Assembly (NCBI RefSeq): GCF_009834535.1
Contig: NC_045697.1
Coordinates: 23,500,001-23,564,000 of the forward strand
Source: Camelus ferus
Lineage: Eukaryota
Reading direction: 5' to 3'
Length of the DNA: 64,000 nucleotides
Below, one piece after another: positions 1 to 14,880 of this stretch; the first letter of the stretch is position 1, and each line of letters opens with the position of its first letter. The translations under genes and the position numbers were made by a program. Under the pieces are notes generated by a model. That model had not been told where the DNA came from and did not search any database. It worked only from the letters and a program-made list of their open reading frames with translations.

Positions 1-639
1 AAAGACTGATATATAATGGGAAAGTCTTAATGAAACTGAGATTAGTTTAAAAAGGAAAAAGAAAAAAAGGATTCTTCCTGTCCCTGGAACACCAGTATCT
101 TCTAAAAAATGGCCCTGAAATAGTCCTGCTTGAAATGGATAAATCTGAATCAGTAAAATTTGCCTTATGGTAACATGTTCTCTGAGTGTCAGACGTTTAA
201 CCAGTAGCATGTGGAATGATACAGCCTTAAGACCTTCTCTTTGCCTATTTACCCCTGTGCCCATAATTCAGGTCTTTATACTATTCCTCATGAATGAAGC
301 CCAGGGCCTCCTGGGGAGTAGCAAGTCCTGGATTTGGGACAGGGAAGAGGGTGTGCCTGGGACATCCTAATAATTCTGGAAGGCAATGTTGCTCTAACAC
401 AATTTTTTTTTTAAAGAAATGAATGAGTAAAATTCAATCTGAGGAAAGAGATTTGAAATGTGGTGAATTAGCAAGGTCTGAAGTGAAAAATAAGGTTCAA
501 TGATATGTGCATGGAATACAAGATCCATTGAGATCAAACTGAGGTCCATGTCAGTTAGAACTCATGCTAGTATTTTATGTAAAATGAGATGTATCGTAAT
601 ATAGAAGTTGCATGTGAAAGTATGTCTGTGTGTTTAGTA

Positions 640-1010
640 TTAAGTAAAGATTGTGAGAACAATGATACTGTCTGTAACAAAACAGGCTCCAGAATATGTG
701 TGTTCGTAGAAGGTAAGATGAGGGGAGAAGGAGTTTTACTCCATGCAGCCCCTGGGATTTAGGCTGACTGATCACCTTCGATACATGGCTTCCAAGACTG
801 CCCCAGAGTTCAACTCCATCTCAGTCCATGAGAATGGTAAACAAAGGATGGAAGAGCACACAGGGGAAGCTTTTAGGATACATTCCAAGCAGTGGTAGAC
901 GTGACTTCTCCCATCCCATTGACTGTAACATCGCAAGGGAGGCTGGAAAATATATAGATTGACTTTGTGACCAGGAAGAGGACATCATTAGCAGCTAACA
1001 ACCTCTGCCA
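640..1010 (-). mobile_element. Old MaLR LTR fragment (MLT1J/K-like)
   Basis: Degenerate motifs resembling reverse-strand MLT1J/K (…cttctcccatcccattg…aagggaggctggaaaata…gtgaccaggaagag…). Boundaries approximate. Confidence 0.5.
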
Positions 1011-3289
1011 CATAATGACATGTGTAATTGTAATAATGATAATAATAATAAAATATTTATTTGGTTTACACTAGAAAGAAAATTAAATATATGTTATTGC
1101 TAATTATGGTATAAAGACATTGAATAATGATTATTTGTGGATTTGGAAATAACATTTATGGTTATAACTCCACAGAGTTAATGTACCCAATTTATGAGGA
1201 GCATGAGATGTGAGATAGTTTTTCAGGAGAAGAAGGAAAAATTAAAGGCTTATAAAAAATTAAGCTGTATATTTCAGACTATACTGACCCAAGATGAAGC
1301 AATTTCTGAAAGCAAAGTTATATATTTTTTTATCCAACAGACACAGGTTAATTGTAATGAGAGAATTTCAGATTGGAAGTTTACTGGAGAGCAGACATTG
1401 TCTTGATATGGGAAGAATGACGGTACAGGTAGTAGACGGTCGCCAGACTGAAGGGATGTGGATAGCTCATTAAAATGTGAAAGATCCATTTTGCTGAAAA
1501 CTCCACTGATCTTTCATCCTTGTGTTTTTCTGTTATTATTTTATCCTAGAACATGGAAGTTTAGGAAGGAAATACACTTTAAATAAATACCTGCAGTGTC
1601 TACACTTGAACCATGTCTCTCATCATTGCTGTTTTACAGGATTTGGGGGTTTACAGAATGCCTGGGAATGATGCTTAAATATATGCACCTGATCAATCAT
1701 GAAAACATATTCCGAAGTATTCTATTCATTCTTCTTCTTGACATTCTCTGCTCCTCCTTCAGTCTGGCAGCATAACCCCTGGATCCCCGTCAACTAACCC
1801 TGTCATAACTTGTTTTTACCTGCACACATTTGTGTTGATTACTGAGTTCTCCTGTATTCCTAATTAGACTGCAATTGCCTTTAAGGAAAGAAACACATTT
1901 CCATGTTAATGGATGGTCCAACTATACAGTAAAATACTATGACTTCTCAATCATTCCTCTTTACTTTGACTGATTTTTGATAGTTTGTACTGTCATATTA
2001 TTGACTCAGATTTTGGTGTGATGTCTCTAAAGCTATCTCACTTTATTTTATCTGAAAAGTGGGGAAAATATCAATCTCTTGTCCTAATAATATTTACATG
2101 TGTTCCTAATAAAATGGAAATGAAGGAAAAATCTTATAAAATAAATAATTATAGAAATGAATCATAATAAATATTATAACTAAAAGTACTTCATCCTGGA
2201 TACTGTTTTTTGATATCTTAATTTTTCTTTCTGTTTCACTGAAAAGGAAAGATGATGCTCAGTTTTAAATGTTAAAAGTGTACAAGCCCTGAATCCAGCT
2301 GGAAGCCTACTAGAAAGGGAGCCCAGGTGATGACGCTGTGAGATCATCCCCTGGGGTATAGAACAGGATAAAGGAGAACAGGGAACGAGCAATGAAGAAG
2401 CAAATTAAGAATAACAAGCTCAGTACACTCCTTTTGACCATTCAGAACGCATTCTTTCCCTTTGTAAAGACATGCTCATTGCTAATCCAAGAAAAACAAA
2501 CTCCTATCAGCTACCATATCATTAATGTCAATTAACTCAAATATCTACCTGGAATTAATACTGCAAAATTAGTCATAGGTAGAAGAAAAGAAGTGGGGAA
2601 ATCAATTAAAATAAAGTACAGAGAGCTGCTATAATCCTGGCTTTAGTAATTGGTCTCAAGCCTAAGGTTGACTATCATAATTTCCTTCCTCTACTACCAA
2701 TTCTCTCTTCCCATTACCATCTGCCATGAAATAGAGCTCTTTACCTGAGGAAACAATCTAAACTTTTCTTCTCAAACTCAACCATTAGTTTTCTTGCTTT
2801 TATAAAGAAGTGTTCCTTTTCTTCCATGATTTTACACGGAACTTCAAAGGAGACTCATTCCCAAACATAATTCCCATTCCCATGCTGCATAGCAACACGT
2901 CTTGGCTAATATGTATCAGAATAAAATCTAAAATTCTCCATGGATCTCTGAAGTTCCTGAAAGTCCTGTGAAACAGAGGCACTAAATGCTCTTTGTTGTG
3001 GCTATCTTTTTAAGAGTGTTGATATAGTGAATAACCTTGGAATTTAAAGATAGTATCTTCATTCAAAGTAAATGGTAAGTTTGCTTACTGTCTTGGGATG
3101 CAAATCACTACATGAAGCACATCTGCCTGGGAACCACTGTTCTGTAACCACGTGTCCCAAATCATGTCTCTAATCATAAGAATCATATTCATCTTGTCCC
3201 AAAATGTCCTTTCCATTTTCCTAGCATTATCATCCTAATTTTTCTTTGTTGGTGAATATTTTAATCATATGACCAAGTTAGAAACTTCA

Positions 3290-3930
3290 GTGTCGTCAGA
3301 AATACTGTTCTTTCACCTAACACGTTCAATGACTCTCTGCCTTCCCCTTCAATGTCCAATTCTAATTCTAGTTCCAGAATATTTCTAAAGTCTGTATCTT
3401 TCCAACCATCAAAAAATTGGCCTACTTTTCGTCTCTGAAATATCTCTGGATTGTTACTCTCACCCCTTTCCCTTTCTCAATGCTGACAGCTTCTACTCTA
3501 TCTTTCCCACTTTGTCAGACTGATTATTCCTCTGCTTCATGTTTCCCAGTTGTGAGGTTTTTTGCATGTTCACTGTGAAATTCTATGCTGTGCAATTACT
3601 TGTTTTGATTCTCTACTCTAAGAAAATCCTTCTTCATTTATTGAACGTTCCTACGTTCTTCAAGACTCAACTCTGGTATCATCTTATATGGAAGTTTTCA
3701 TAGATCTCGCAGACTGGATAAATTTCCACTATGTGAACAAGTATTCATCTCTTACATTTTATTGAACTTTAAATATTTTGCTAGCAGTCCTAACAGTCTC
3801 CACTAAATTACAAGAAATTTATGGTTAAGGAACACAACTTTTTATATTTCTCCAGCTCTCACTACCCCAAAGTGTTCAGCATCATTTGCTTTACTAGTCA
3901 TTACATATAAAGTTAAAATAAATTATTGAT
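3290..3930 (+). mobile_element. L2 LINE 3' fragment
   Basis: L2 3'-end-like motifs (cttcaagactcaactc…, …aagtgttcagcat…aaataaatt), highly diverged. Confidence 0.5.
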
Positions 3931-4844
3931 AATCTAAACCAAGCAATAATTTTTATGATTTGAAGATATTCAAAACCTTTCCAAGGAAGATCCATAGAAT
4001 ACACAGACTCGTTTTTCCAATTCCACATCTGGATAGTTCATTTCACAAACAAACAGACTAAATATCTCTAAAACAGTTTTAGTGCTTTGTAAACATATGA
4101 ATAATTGTATTGTTAACATAAAATAGATGCTAAAATGTAGTATTACACATTATAAAAGTGTTGATCTATTTAGAAATACTTGATTATAAAAATTAAATGT
4201 CTTAATGAAAATTAATGTTTATATTTTTACATCTGATAATAATTTTTTTAAAAAATATTGGAACCTGTTATATAATGTTACTTGACTAATTACTGATCAC
4301 AAAAATAGCCTTGTTAACATAGGTCTTGAGAGTATAATGACCTTTATTAAAACAGTATGTATGTAAAGACACATTTGGATGACAAATATTACTTGTGATT
4401 ATTTAAGAAAGAACCCTTACAGGATTATTTCAACCAATGAAGAGTAAAATGTATTAATTTAATCATAATACAATATCTTGAGTAGAGAATTTATTGTGTG
4501 TTTTTAATTATTTTCTAATTATTTTTCTGGAAAAATGATATATGAATAGTACACAATTCCTTGCTTTTAGGATCAGGCATTACCTTTACGTATTTATCAT
4601 ATGCAAATCTAGCTCTTCTCAGAAAATAACCGGGACTGTTTTTTTAAATAACTCCCAATCTTTAAAATATAGAAAGATATTTTAGAATTTAATATAAATT
4701 GGCATAATTTAAATGTCAAAGTTTTATTTAAGTCCAGCAATACTTTTGCTAAAATGAATCATTGTGATAAATAATATATTGCTTGATTTGATTTTTTTTT
4801 CTTTTTAATGTGTGGTTCACAGAGTAATTACCTCAAGTCAAAAG

Positions 4845-5090
4845 TAAACATTATACATTTGTCCAAACCCATAGAACGTACAGCACCAAGAGTAAGCCCT
4901 AATATAAACTATAGATTTTGAGTGATACTGATGTGTCAGCATAGGTTCATCAGTTGTAACAATTGTGCCACTCTGGTGGGGGATGTTGATAATGGGAGAG
5001 GCTATGCTTATGTGGGAGCAAAGGGCAAATGAGAAAATCTTTACCTTCTCAATTTTGCTATGAACTTAAACTACTCTTAAAAATATTTTT
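4845..5090 (+). mobile_element. L1MC-type LINE-1 3' end
   Basis: Typical L1MC 3' UTR (catttgtccaaacccatagaa…ccactctggtgggggatgttgataatgggagaggctatgc…aactactcttaaaaat). A paralogous copy lies at 41810-42140. Confidence 0.85.
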
Positions 5091-5104
5091 TTAAAAAGGG
5101 AATG

Positions 5105-5930
5105 TGCTAATATACATATAAGAAGAAACTCTTAAAACTCAATAATAAAATAACAAGCCAATTTAAAAATAAGCATAAATCTGAATAGACATTTCTCCAA
5201 AAAAGGTATGAAAATGAGATTATACAAAGATATTCAACATTACCAATCAGGGAAATGCAAGTCAAAATCACAATGAGAGACCACTTCACACCAACTAGGA
5301 CAGCTATAATCAGAAAGACAATAACAAGTTTTGGGGAGGATATAAAGAAACTGAAACCCTCACAGACTGCTGTTGAAAATGTAAAATAACATACCCAATT
5401 TTGAAGAGTCTGGTATTTCCTCAAAAGTTTAAACATAGAATTTCCATATGACCCAGAAATTTCACTTGGAGCTATGAACCCAAGAGAAATAAAAATGTAT
5501 GTCCACACAGCATATTATACATGAATGTTCTTAGCATTATTCATTATTATTATGAATAATAATTCATAACAGCCAAAAGGTAGAAACAACCTATATGCTC
5601 ATCAACAGACGACTGAATAAACAAACTGTACCAATCCATACAATGCAGTATTTTTCAGCAATAAAAATGAAAGGATTATTTGATACATGCTACAACATCG
5701 ATGAACCTTGAAAACATAAGGATAAGTGAAGTGACAGAAAGTAGATCAGTGGTTGCCTAAGGCTGGGGAGGACGAGGGGGAAATGGGGAGTGATTGTTAC
5801 TAATGATGATTACACAACTTGGTGAATACACTAAACTGAATAGACTGAATTGTATACTTTAAGTGAGTAAATTGTATGGTGAGTGAATTATATTTCAATA
5901 AAGCTACGATTAAAAAACAAACAAATAAAC
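5105..5930 (+). mobile_element. L1M (L1MB/ME-like) ORF2 C-terminus and 3' UTR
   Basis: tgaatagacatttctccaaa, cagggaaatgcaagtcaaaatcacaatgaga, catatgacccagaaatttcact, gtggttgcctaaggctgggg, ending aataaagct plus an A-rich tail. ORF 5107..5508(-) is only its antisense frame. Confidence 0.9.
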
Positions 5931-7754
5931 AAAGCAGAGGTTTCCCATGGCCCCATGTCTTTCACTGCTATTGGCTAAGTCTTCCAAGCCGAGGGGTATG
6001 ATTAATTCATTTTTATTTTCATATTAACGCAAGGTCTGGAAACTCTGAATATTCACAGGAGCTTGAATTTTTTTTGCCCTTACGCTGACTCACCCCTAAT
6101 TCATACACATTTGTGTCTGGTTCTGAGTTCTCTCTGTATCATATTTCAAATGTTCTTTGAATGTAAGTTTCAGAACTCTGCACATCTGACAATCTTCAGA
6201 TCTCCTACTTTGCAGGTGTTCTCTGTCTAGCCAACCCTTCAAAAACAAGGGAACTCCTATCACACACAGGAATCATTTCCCCAGATGTCAGCCTCTTACA
6301 AAACCTTAAACTCCTACATCCTCTTAGTTGGTCTTACTTGACTGACTTACCAATTTGCTTATAACTTAAAGTAATGAGCTAATCTTCCCCTTCTTCTGGC
6401 CCCTAGTTATAAAAATGTGTATGCCATTATTTGTACTGTAACCACTTCTGAGTTTTAAAAATAGAAACAACTTGTATAAAATTATCTACCAGATTTTTTC
6501 TCAGAAGAATTTGACATATGCTATCATAATAAAAACAGGATGAGAACAAAGGAAAGGATCTGTATAGGTCTGAAAGCAAAACAGAAGGAAATCTCACTGA
6601 AGCTGGCCATCCAGCTAACAAGTCCCTCCAAGGCTGTAAGTACTCCTGTCTTTTGGCTTACTGATTAAGTATCAGTAAAACTATGTTGAGTGGCTGTGCC
6701 TTCTAATAAAATGATTTTGAGCAAAGCACCCAAAGGAGCCAGAGGAACAATAAGGTTATTCTCATAATAAGATTGACTATCAAACCTGAAAGCAAAGTTA
6801 AAACTCTGAGTTAATACTGAAAAGAATCCTTCCACAAACATTTGTACTGTCTATTGTTCCCTGTGTCCCCACTACTTAACTTGTTCTAACATGAGGATTA
6901 TTGACATTATTCTATCATGTCCTAAAGACCCTATCTTTGCCCTTCTGTTTTCTCCTTTGAGCTTTTATCAAGGCAAATTACAACAATATAAAACAAACGT
7001 ATGAACATGAATTTAACCAGTTCTTTCTAGTTCACGGCTTCAAATGTCATCCAAGTGAATATCATCTTTGTGTGACAATTAAAATCTGCTCTTTGGGAGA
7101 TTTACAACAACCAATTCTCCCTCTCTTTCTTCTGTTCTCTACTTGCAGAGATGTACACATGAACACTGCATACACAACTTGCATTTGGAAATTCAAATGC
7201 ATTGAAAGTAGTGCCTCTCCTACATATAAGATTAATTTTCCAGCCACTAATATAAAGATACGCCAGTATTCATTGAAAGCATGAGAGAATAAATCTCAAG
7301 TGATACATCTGAAATAATTTTGTTGCATGGCAGATTATCTTAGACAATGGTTTAGTCAACATCTTCACTTAGTTAATACTCATTTAAAGTGTATGCTCAA
7401 AAGAACTCATCCCAATTATAGTATTTAATACTGCAGCTTGTACCCTTCCATACTCCTGATCTTTTTTCTACTTGACATTTTCTAGGGACTGGCACTTATT
7501 ATTTTCAAATATATTATATAAATTACTAATTATTGATTTTATGTTTATCATCTTTATCATCTAATTATCTCCTTTATGGAGATGTCTACCTATCCAAAAT
7601 ATAAACTCCATATTCACTAATATATCTCATCGTCTAGAACAGGGATTGATATCTAGAGAATGCTGATGAAATATTTGGTTAAATGAAGATTTCTGAGTTC
7701 TGGATCAAGATGTTTGCTACTGAAACCTAAACAATTCACTTCTGACTTAAACAT

Positions 7755-8482
7755 TGTATTACTTTTCTATGTTTCAAACAAATAACCCCATATATAGTGC
7801 CTTAAAACAATGTATTTGCTAGAGTTGCTGTCAGGGGTCTGAGCACAGATTAGTTAGGTCCTCTGATCAGGGACTCCATAAGGTTGGACTGAGTTCTCAT
7901 CTGGTGGCTTATCTGGGGAAGAATCTGCTTCTAATTGCATGAAGAATGATGGTCAAGTTAATTTCCTTATAGCAGTATGTCTGAGGGCTCCCACTTCTTA
8001 TTGACTGTGGTTAAAGTCTGCTCTCCTGTTCTGGAGGACACCCAGAGTAACCCAACAGATGGCCTTACCCATTGACAGTTTCAATTAAGGTAGTCTGCCC
8101 CTTCAAGGCCAGCAAGGAGGATGTCTGACCTCAGGAGAGCCTAGTCCCTCATTAAAGTGCTCTTACCTGTGCAGTCAGGCACCCTTAAATAACGTTGCAT
8201 TTGATTAATTCAAAATTAACTGCATTGTGATCTTAATTACATATCCATAATCTCTTCAGCTTGCCATATAGCATAATCTAATCAATGGAGTAACATCCAT
8301 TACCTCTGCCATATAACAGACTTTAATCATGGGAATGGCATCCACCATGTTCGCCATATTCTCTCAGCTAAAAGCCAATAACAGACATCTTGACCACTCA
8401 GGATGGAGGGGATTAAACAAAGATCTGGACATCAGGAGGCAGGGAATCACTGAGGGTAAATTTGGGGCCTGTGTGCCATGCA
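7755..8482 (-). mobile_element. MaLR solo LTR (MLT1E/F/G-like)
   Basis: Starts tgtattac (reverse complement of the MLT1 3' terminus). Contains ccttaaaacaa, ctggggaagaatctgcttc, cttcaaggccagcaagg and cttaattacat motifs. Confidence 0.75.
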
Positions 8483-8711
8483 AACTAATCAGTGTTTATA
8501 AACTGGCTGCAAATTAAGCGATTTGTTCTATGTTAAAAATCTTAAATTTTTGTCACAATACTGTAATTGGGTTTATGTAATTGGAAATTTTAGTTCACTC
8601 CCTGTCAATACACATCACTAAAAATATATTTATTCAACAATATATTTATTAAATGAAAAAACAATCATTTGTGGTCTTTTTTTTAACTTAAAATTCTCAG
8701 GTTTTATTGTC

Positions 8712-8995
8712 TTTTTTTTAATTGAAGGATAGTTGATGTACAATATTATGTAAGTTACAAGTGTACAATATAGTGATTCAAAATTTGTAACGGTTATACT
8801 CTATTTACAGTTACTATACAATATTGGCTGTATTCCCTGTGTTGTATAACATATCCTTGTAGCTTATTTTAAACATAATAGTTTGTACCTCTTAACCTCC
8901 CACCCCTATACTGATAACACTACTTTGTTCTCTATATCTGGCTCTGCTTCTTTTTTGTTATATTCACCAGTTTGTTGTATTTTTTAGATCTACTT
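8712..8995 (-). mobile_element. Cetartiodactyl-type L1 3' end
   Basis: T-tract then aattgaaggatagttgatgtacaatattatgtaagttacaagtgtacaatatagtgattca…atattggctgtattccctgtgttgta…, the reverse complement of an L1 3' UTR with poly(A). Confidence 0.85.
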
Positions 8996-8999
8996 ATGG

Positions 9000-9700
9000 T
9001 TTTTGATTCAATTTCTCTGATTACAAATGTCTTAGGAATCTCTACATACTATGATTATTAGTGATAATTGATTCCTCTCTTTTTTACCTTTTTTCTACTA
9101 AATTTTCTGTTTCTATAAGCATTTTATCTATTCCTTCTACTGTTTCTGTTGTTTAGATCATTTTTCAAATGTCTCCTTGAATTTTGTAGCTTATACTTTA
9201 ATTTTATTAAGGCGTTTTTTTCTTTCAGTGTATCAAATTTATTAATTTTCTTGATTGATCATTGCATCTTTTTTATCTTAAGATACTTTTTTTATTCTTT
9301 GGAAAGACAGTTCCATTCATTTCAGTGTCTCAAAGATTTGGTATTTTTTATTTTTCTGGACTTAATTTGTGTGGGTGCTTAGACTTAGAAGTCTGTTTTT
9401 ACTTTATTGCACATTGATAATCATTTTTTCTAGCCTCATTTCTTGAAGGGATCTTATTTTTCCAATGATTTGCAATGGTACCTATGTCATATATCAAAGT
9501 GCCATATATTTGGGGAACTTTTCTGGATTCTCTACTTGTTCTATCTTTTTTTGCTATTCCAGCACCATGTCACTTAATAAATCTTTGTAGTAAGTTTTTT
9601 ATATCTGCCAAGGCAATTTTCTACTCTCATTTTTTATTCTTCAGAAAATTTTGGCTACACTTGGCAATTAAAATTTTTCCACAATGATGTCATCTTCCAT
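9000..9700 (-). mobile_element. Old L1M ORF2 fragments
   Basis: T-rich antisense-L1 motifs (aatttctctgattacaaatg, ctatgtcatatatcaaagtgccatata, tttctggattctct…ccagcaccat). Confidence 0.6.
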
Positions 9701-12510
9701 ATCCTTTCATTTATATGAACTGATTCACAAAAACCAGATTTTATGTCAAGATGGATTAGTAAATAACCTATTAATTACACAGTCCTACTTCTGGATTTTG
9801 GTCATTTCTATGGTATTTAAAAAATCATAAAGTTTGTGGTTGAAATTTTTACTTTAAATACAGAAATTGCCTCTAAGAAGGGTCTATTTTTTCTTAAATT
9901 GGCAGAGAGAGAGAGAGAGTTAGTCACTTGAAAAGCCTCAGCATGCAGCCTAATACACTTGGTGATACCACCAATTTCACAAAACCACTTATTTGAGTTA
10001 TACATGCTTCTGTAAATACTTACCCCATGTCTGGAATGACATTTCCAATGCCGTAACTGATAGGTCCTCTTCCATGTTCTTTCTTTCAACATTAACTTTA
10101 TGCTAGGTATAGGGTATTGGGTTGACTCATTTTCTTTTAAATCTAATAAGTATAATAAAATTTAATAAAGTGTTAAAAATGTACATGAGATTAATAGCAT
10201 GGATGTGAAAGTAATCAAGGAAAGGAAGTCTTTTCTAAAATCTTGAAGAGGAACATTTTAGACCATATTTTTTTGAGGAAATTAACTTGACTTATTGTTG
10301 TGGTTTTGTTCCAAACATCATTTTTTTTTTTTTTGCCTCCATGCATGAGTGTGAGTGGTATGTATGAATAAACATTCTCATCATTAGGGCCTCTTTTTAG
10401 ATTTCATTTCTAACTACATAGACTGATTGAAAGAAGAGGGTAGGGATTGATGGAAAAGATAAGTGAATTTTGGCTCCTTTACTATGTAACTAGCTTTAAA
10501 ATAATTAAGTATAAATATAATTTAGAAGTTCTTGGTAATTTCTGTAGAAATAAGTGAATATACGAACAGCTGACACTGCATCTACCAATTTCATTAATAA
10601 CTGACCGATTAGTCAAACTTTGTTCCATATATCATGAGTAATAAGCTGACATCTCTAACCTGTGATGTTTAAGTGATAAAGAAGAAGAAGCACATTTTAG
10701 TCCTGTTCTCTTCTTGCCAGAAGGAATTTTATCATAACAGTAAGAATATACTAATGGAGTTGATTCTTCTGGCATGGCTTAAATTTTTAAGGATTTTGGC
10801 AGCTCAATTGGTAAAGGGCATGCCAGATTGCTAAATGACTGTAAATTAAGGGGGAAAAATATATATATATATCATATTATTTAGTTGGGTTTTATAATTA
10901 AAGAGAAAGTCTGAATCAACAAATCTTGTTTAAATTAAAGAATCAATTTAATTCAATTCTGTTGAAGCCACAGAAATTGAGTATTTTTATGTGTCTAGCA
11001 CTCTGCTCAACACCCCAAATGAAGCACTGCTATTTGAACCTCTAACCCCTTCTCCAGGAAACGACAACTCATTTGGTGACAACAAAACATCAATATATAA
11101 AACAATTTGAGTTGACCATGGAGCTGCTTTTAATCAGCCTAACACAGTTGCTGGAAGCATCTACTGAATTAGTTTTGTTCAGCCACAAGTTCAATCCCAA
11201 ACTTAACATCATTGCCCTTGCTGATGTGGCTCTGGGCCAGAATAGGCAAGAGGCTAACAAAATTTGTCCAATTTACTCAAAGCAATTTGATTTAACTGGC
11301 AGTTGTTACCTTGGTGTCCCATCTCCTGACAGGCAGATTTAAAGCCCTGCAATGTGCAGCCAGGCTGCATGCCAGGGTGTCAGGACCTAACTGTAACTGC
11401 CCTGGCTCTCTCTGCCATAATCTCTATCAACAGCAAACAGACTAACATTTCACAGTCAAAATACAGGGCAGTGGCTAAAACTCCTGTTTTGTATGTGTAA
11501 AAGCATCTCTCCCCTCATTTGGACAATAAAAGACCTTGCTTGTGTCCCAAACTTAGCATGAGGCAACAGATTTCCCAGTGAATTCAAGAGGATGTATACA
11601 ATTGATAAATCTCAATGATCTGTAATTGTTAACGGGTGATATACAAGCATAAGCATAAAAATCCAAATTGCGAATCACCAATTGTGATGGTTCTAAAGTG
11701 GATTATGTTTATTCAGAAGGCATTTGGCTACCCAGGGCAAGCATGAAAATGTACTTGAGAATGTTCAAATGAAATGATGCCTGGTTGATGATCTTTTGCC
11801 TAGATGTGTAGTGCTAATATATGTTTGACTGTTTGCAGTAGGATGGGATGTTTTGTTGTATTGTAAAAGCGTGTATCTTTTTAAAGGGATGTCTCTGTCC
11901 CACATATATAACTCACAGATTAAATGATGATAAACCAATACATACTCTGTGGAGCCATTCTTCTTTCCAAAACTCAGAACTGATTTTCTCATTTCATCCA
12001 ACTATCATAAAAATTTGGCCATAAAGATCTACAGACCAACAACATAGTTTTTCAATATATATTTGTTGAGTAAAGCATTGAGTGAAGAATTTTTACAACC
12101 GCATTTTCAACAGGTTTTAGATGAGCTACAGGAGCCTACTTTGTCAAATTTCCTATCTTCTTTATGACATCCTTGAATTTTTCTGTTCCAGTCTAGAATT
12201 CATGTAATATAAATTTTTCCAGTAAAAAATGGTTCAATAAATATGTAAATATAATAAATACATGGGATATCAGATAGAGTACTCAGAAGGCTACTGCCTC
12301 ATTAGTTGGCAAAATATTCACCCCAGACTAAAGATATTTCTTGCTCAGTTGTAACAGCCAAATAACTGAATATTAAACATACAGAAGTCATTTCAGAAAT
12401 AGTTCTTTGTCCAAAATCATGGTCTACATTTTGGTCATCATTATCCTTTTTATCACTGATACATATATTCAATCACAATCATTCCAAGAATCTTCACATC
12501 AATTAACAGA

Positions 12511-12960
12511 GTATTAGAGTCCTAGGGCAGCTGTGCAATACAAACTTGGTGAACTAAAAATATGGAAATGTATCTTTTTACAGTTCCAAAGAATCCCAGA
12601 AGTTCAAAATCAAGGTGCTGTCAGGGCCACACTCCCTTCAAAGGCCCTGGGAGAGAATCCATCCTGGCCTCTTCCAGCTTCTAATAGCTTCACATATTCC
12701 TTGGCTTGTGTTAGCATAAGTCTCATCTCTACTTCTGTCTTTACATGGCCTTATCCCATGTCTCTGGGTCTCAAATCTCCCTTTGCCTCTCTCTTGTAAG
12801 GACAGCTGTCATTGGATTTATGTCCCACCCTATATAGGATGATCTCATCTCAAGTACCTTGGTTTAGCTACATCGGCAAAGGCCATCTTTATAAGTAAAG
12901 TCACATTCACAGTTTCCTGGTGGACATATCTTTTGAGGGAACATAATTCAATCCACTATA
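12511..12960 (-). mobile_element. MaLR solo LTR (MLT1B/C-like)
   Basis: gtattag…aagttcaaaatcaaggtgctgtcagggccacactccc…gagaatcc…cctcttccagcttct…taaggaca…cattggattta…gtcacattcacag…aattcaatccactata, a full-length ~450 bp LTR. Confidence 0.9.
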
Positions 12961-14699
12961 GGCAGTAAAGGTCATAAAGGGACATCTCTTTCATTGCAGG
13001 AAGAATTTCAGTTAGTAGAAAAACATGGGCTATGTTAGTAAATTTAAGAAATGTTTACAAATCAGCCAGACTATGAGAGTAAATGAGGGGATAAAATAGT
13101 ATGGGGAGGGCTACAGAAACATTCACATTCTTGAAGCTTTAAGAGTGTGGTGAGTCAAGAACACAGTTAAGGGTTGAACAGTTATAAAGGTTCCAACAGT
13201 CTTTATATCAAGAACCTCTCCTGATTAAGTTTTGGGAGCCCTCCTCACCTCCTGGTCATGATAATATAGTGATGGTGAGAAAAAGCATTTAAAGTCAGTT
13301 ATAATTAGAGAAAAAACAACATGTAGTTTAGCTATCTTAAACAGGGAAAACAAATCTAGAGCTAAGTTTCAGATGAGTATACAGCAAAACACAAGATCAC
13401 TGAGAAAAATCGACTAATGAATTTGCTATGCAGCTGCAAAACTGATGAAAATCACATTGACTTGGTTTGTATTTATTAGAAAGAAATGGGATGTTTACGG
13501 ATCTGTGTTGCTTTGCCTGTCTGATAATGGACAAAAGAAAAAAAGCTGGAGTAAGATGATTCACTAAATATGACAATGCTGAAACTATAAAAGTGGTTAC
13601 CTATAGATCCTTCTCAGAGGAACGTACTATGGTAAAGGAAAAAAAAAAGTGAACTTGGTCTCAAATGCTGAACTAGGTCAGAAAAATTCAAGGAACTTCC
13701 TTTGGGATAGAGACTACAACAGTACTGGCTCTTATAGCTCATGATGTAAAATCTGTTAAGAGTTCATTGGCTTCAATTTTTGCACAATAACTTGCTCAGC
13801 AATTATGTACTGAGTGACTATGTTCCTGGTCTGTGGAAATTGTAAAATAAATTCTCAGGATAGTCAGCTAAAGTGAGAAAATCAATTAACCATAGATTAG
13901 GTTAGACTAATACAGAAAAAAAATGTTATTAGTAGGCCAAATTAAAAAAGAAACGAAAGACAGACATATTAATGAACTCCTTAAACTGTTCATTGTTAAA
14001 AAGACTTAAGATATACAAATAAGAAAAAGTGAAAATCCATCAAAATAAAACAGGATATAATTATGACTTTAAATTTCTCAGCAGATTAAATAATAAACAT
14101 TATTTGATTTGGAATTTGGGGTTAAATGTGTTTTTTTTAATGGGCCTCTCATTAAAAGAAAAATATGCCATCCCATAATTCAATTTATTTAAGGTAGGAA
14201 ATGCTCATTAGGATTTTTCCTTGCTGAAAATCTCCTTAAAAAAAAATGAGAACAAAATATGTTCCTGGTATTGTTTTTTGTTATCAGAATAATCACATCA
14301 ATTTTTTATGCATGTGATCTCATTCAAAATCTTACAGGCAAGATTTCAGAATCTACTGTGCTGAAGACATTGCAGTAAGAGCTAGGGGAAACGGAGACTT
14401 GAACTGGGATAAATCATTTCCTACATGAATATTCTGATATCTGTACTGCTCAGAACACAGAATAATTCATTATTGGCAAGTGAGTAGCATATACATAGTA
14501 AGGTACATAAAAATGTGATGACTGCCTAAGGAAACAGAATAAAACATGTTGTTAGAGTAAGACATGCATGGACATTTCTTAAAGAAAGTTTCTCATATAT
14601 CTCTAAGAAATAAAGTGGTTCATATAATTAGTAAGTTAAAGTGATGGTACAAACACACAAAATGTAATAAATGATGGTTGATTTACAAATATTTATCAG

Positions 14700-14880
14700 A
14701 AAATTATTAAGAACTCATTCTTGCCAGGTGCTGTTCTAACTGCTCTTTGATACTAATTTACCTATTGTTCAAAACAAGTCTATGAAGTAAAACGATTATC
14801 CCCATTGCACACATGAGGCTAGAGAAACACAACAATAGGAACTAATTCGCCCACAGTTGCACACTTGGCGTGTGGAACAA
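14700..14880 (-). mobile_element. MIR SINE
   Basis: tgccaggtgctgttctaa…attatccccattgcacacatgagg…gcccacagttgcacac, a reverse MIR core. Confidence 0.7.
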
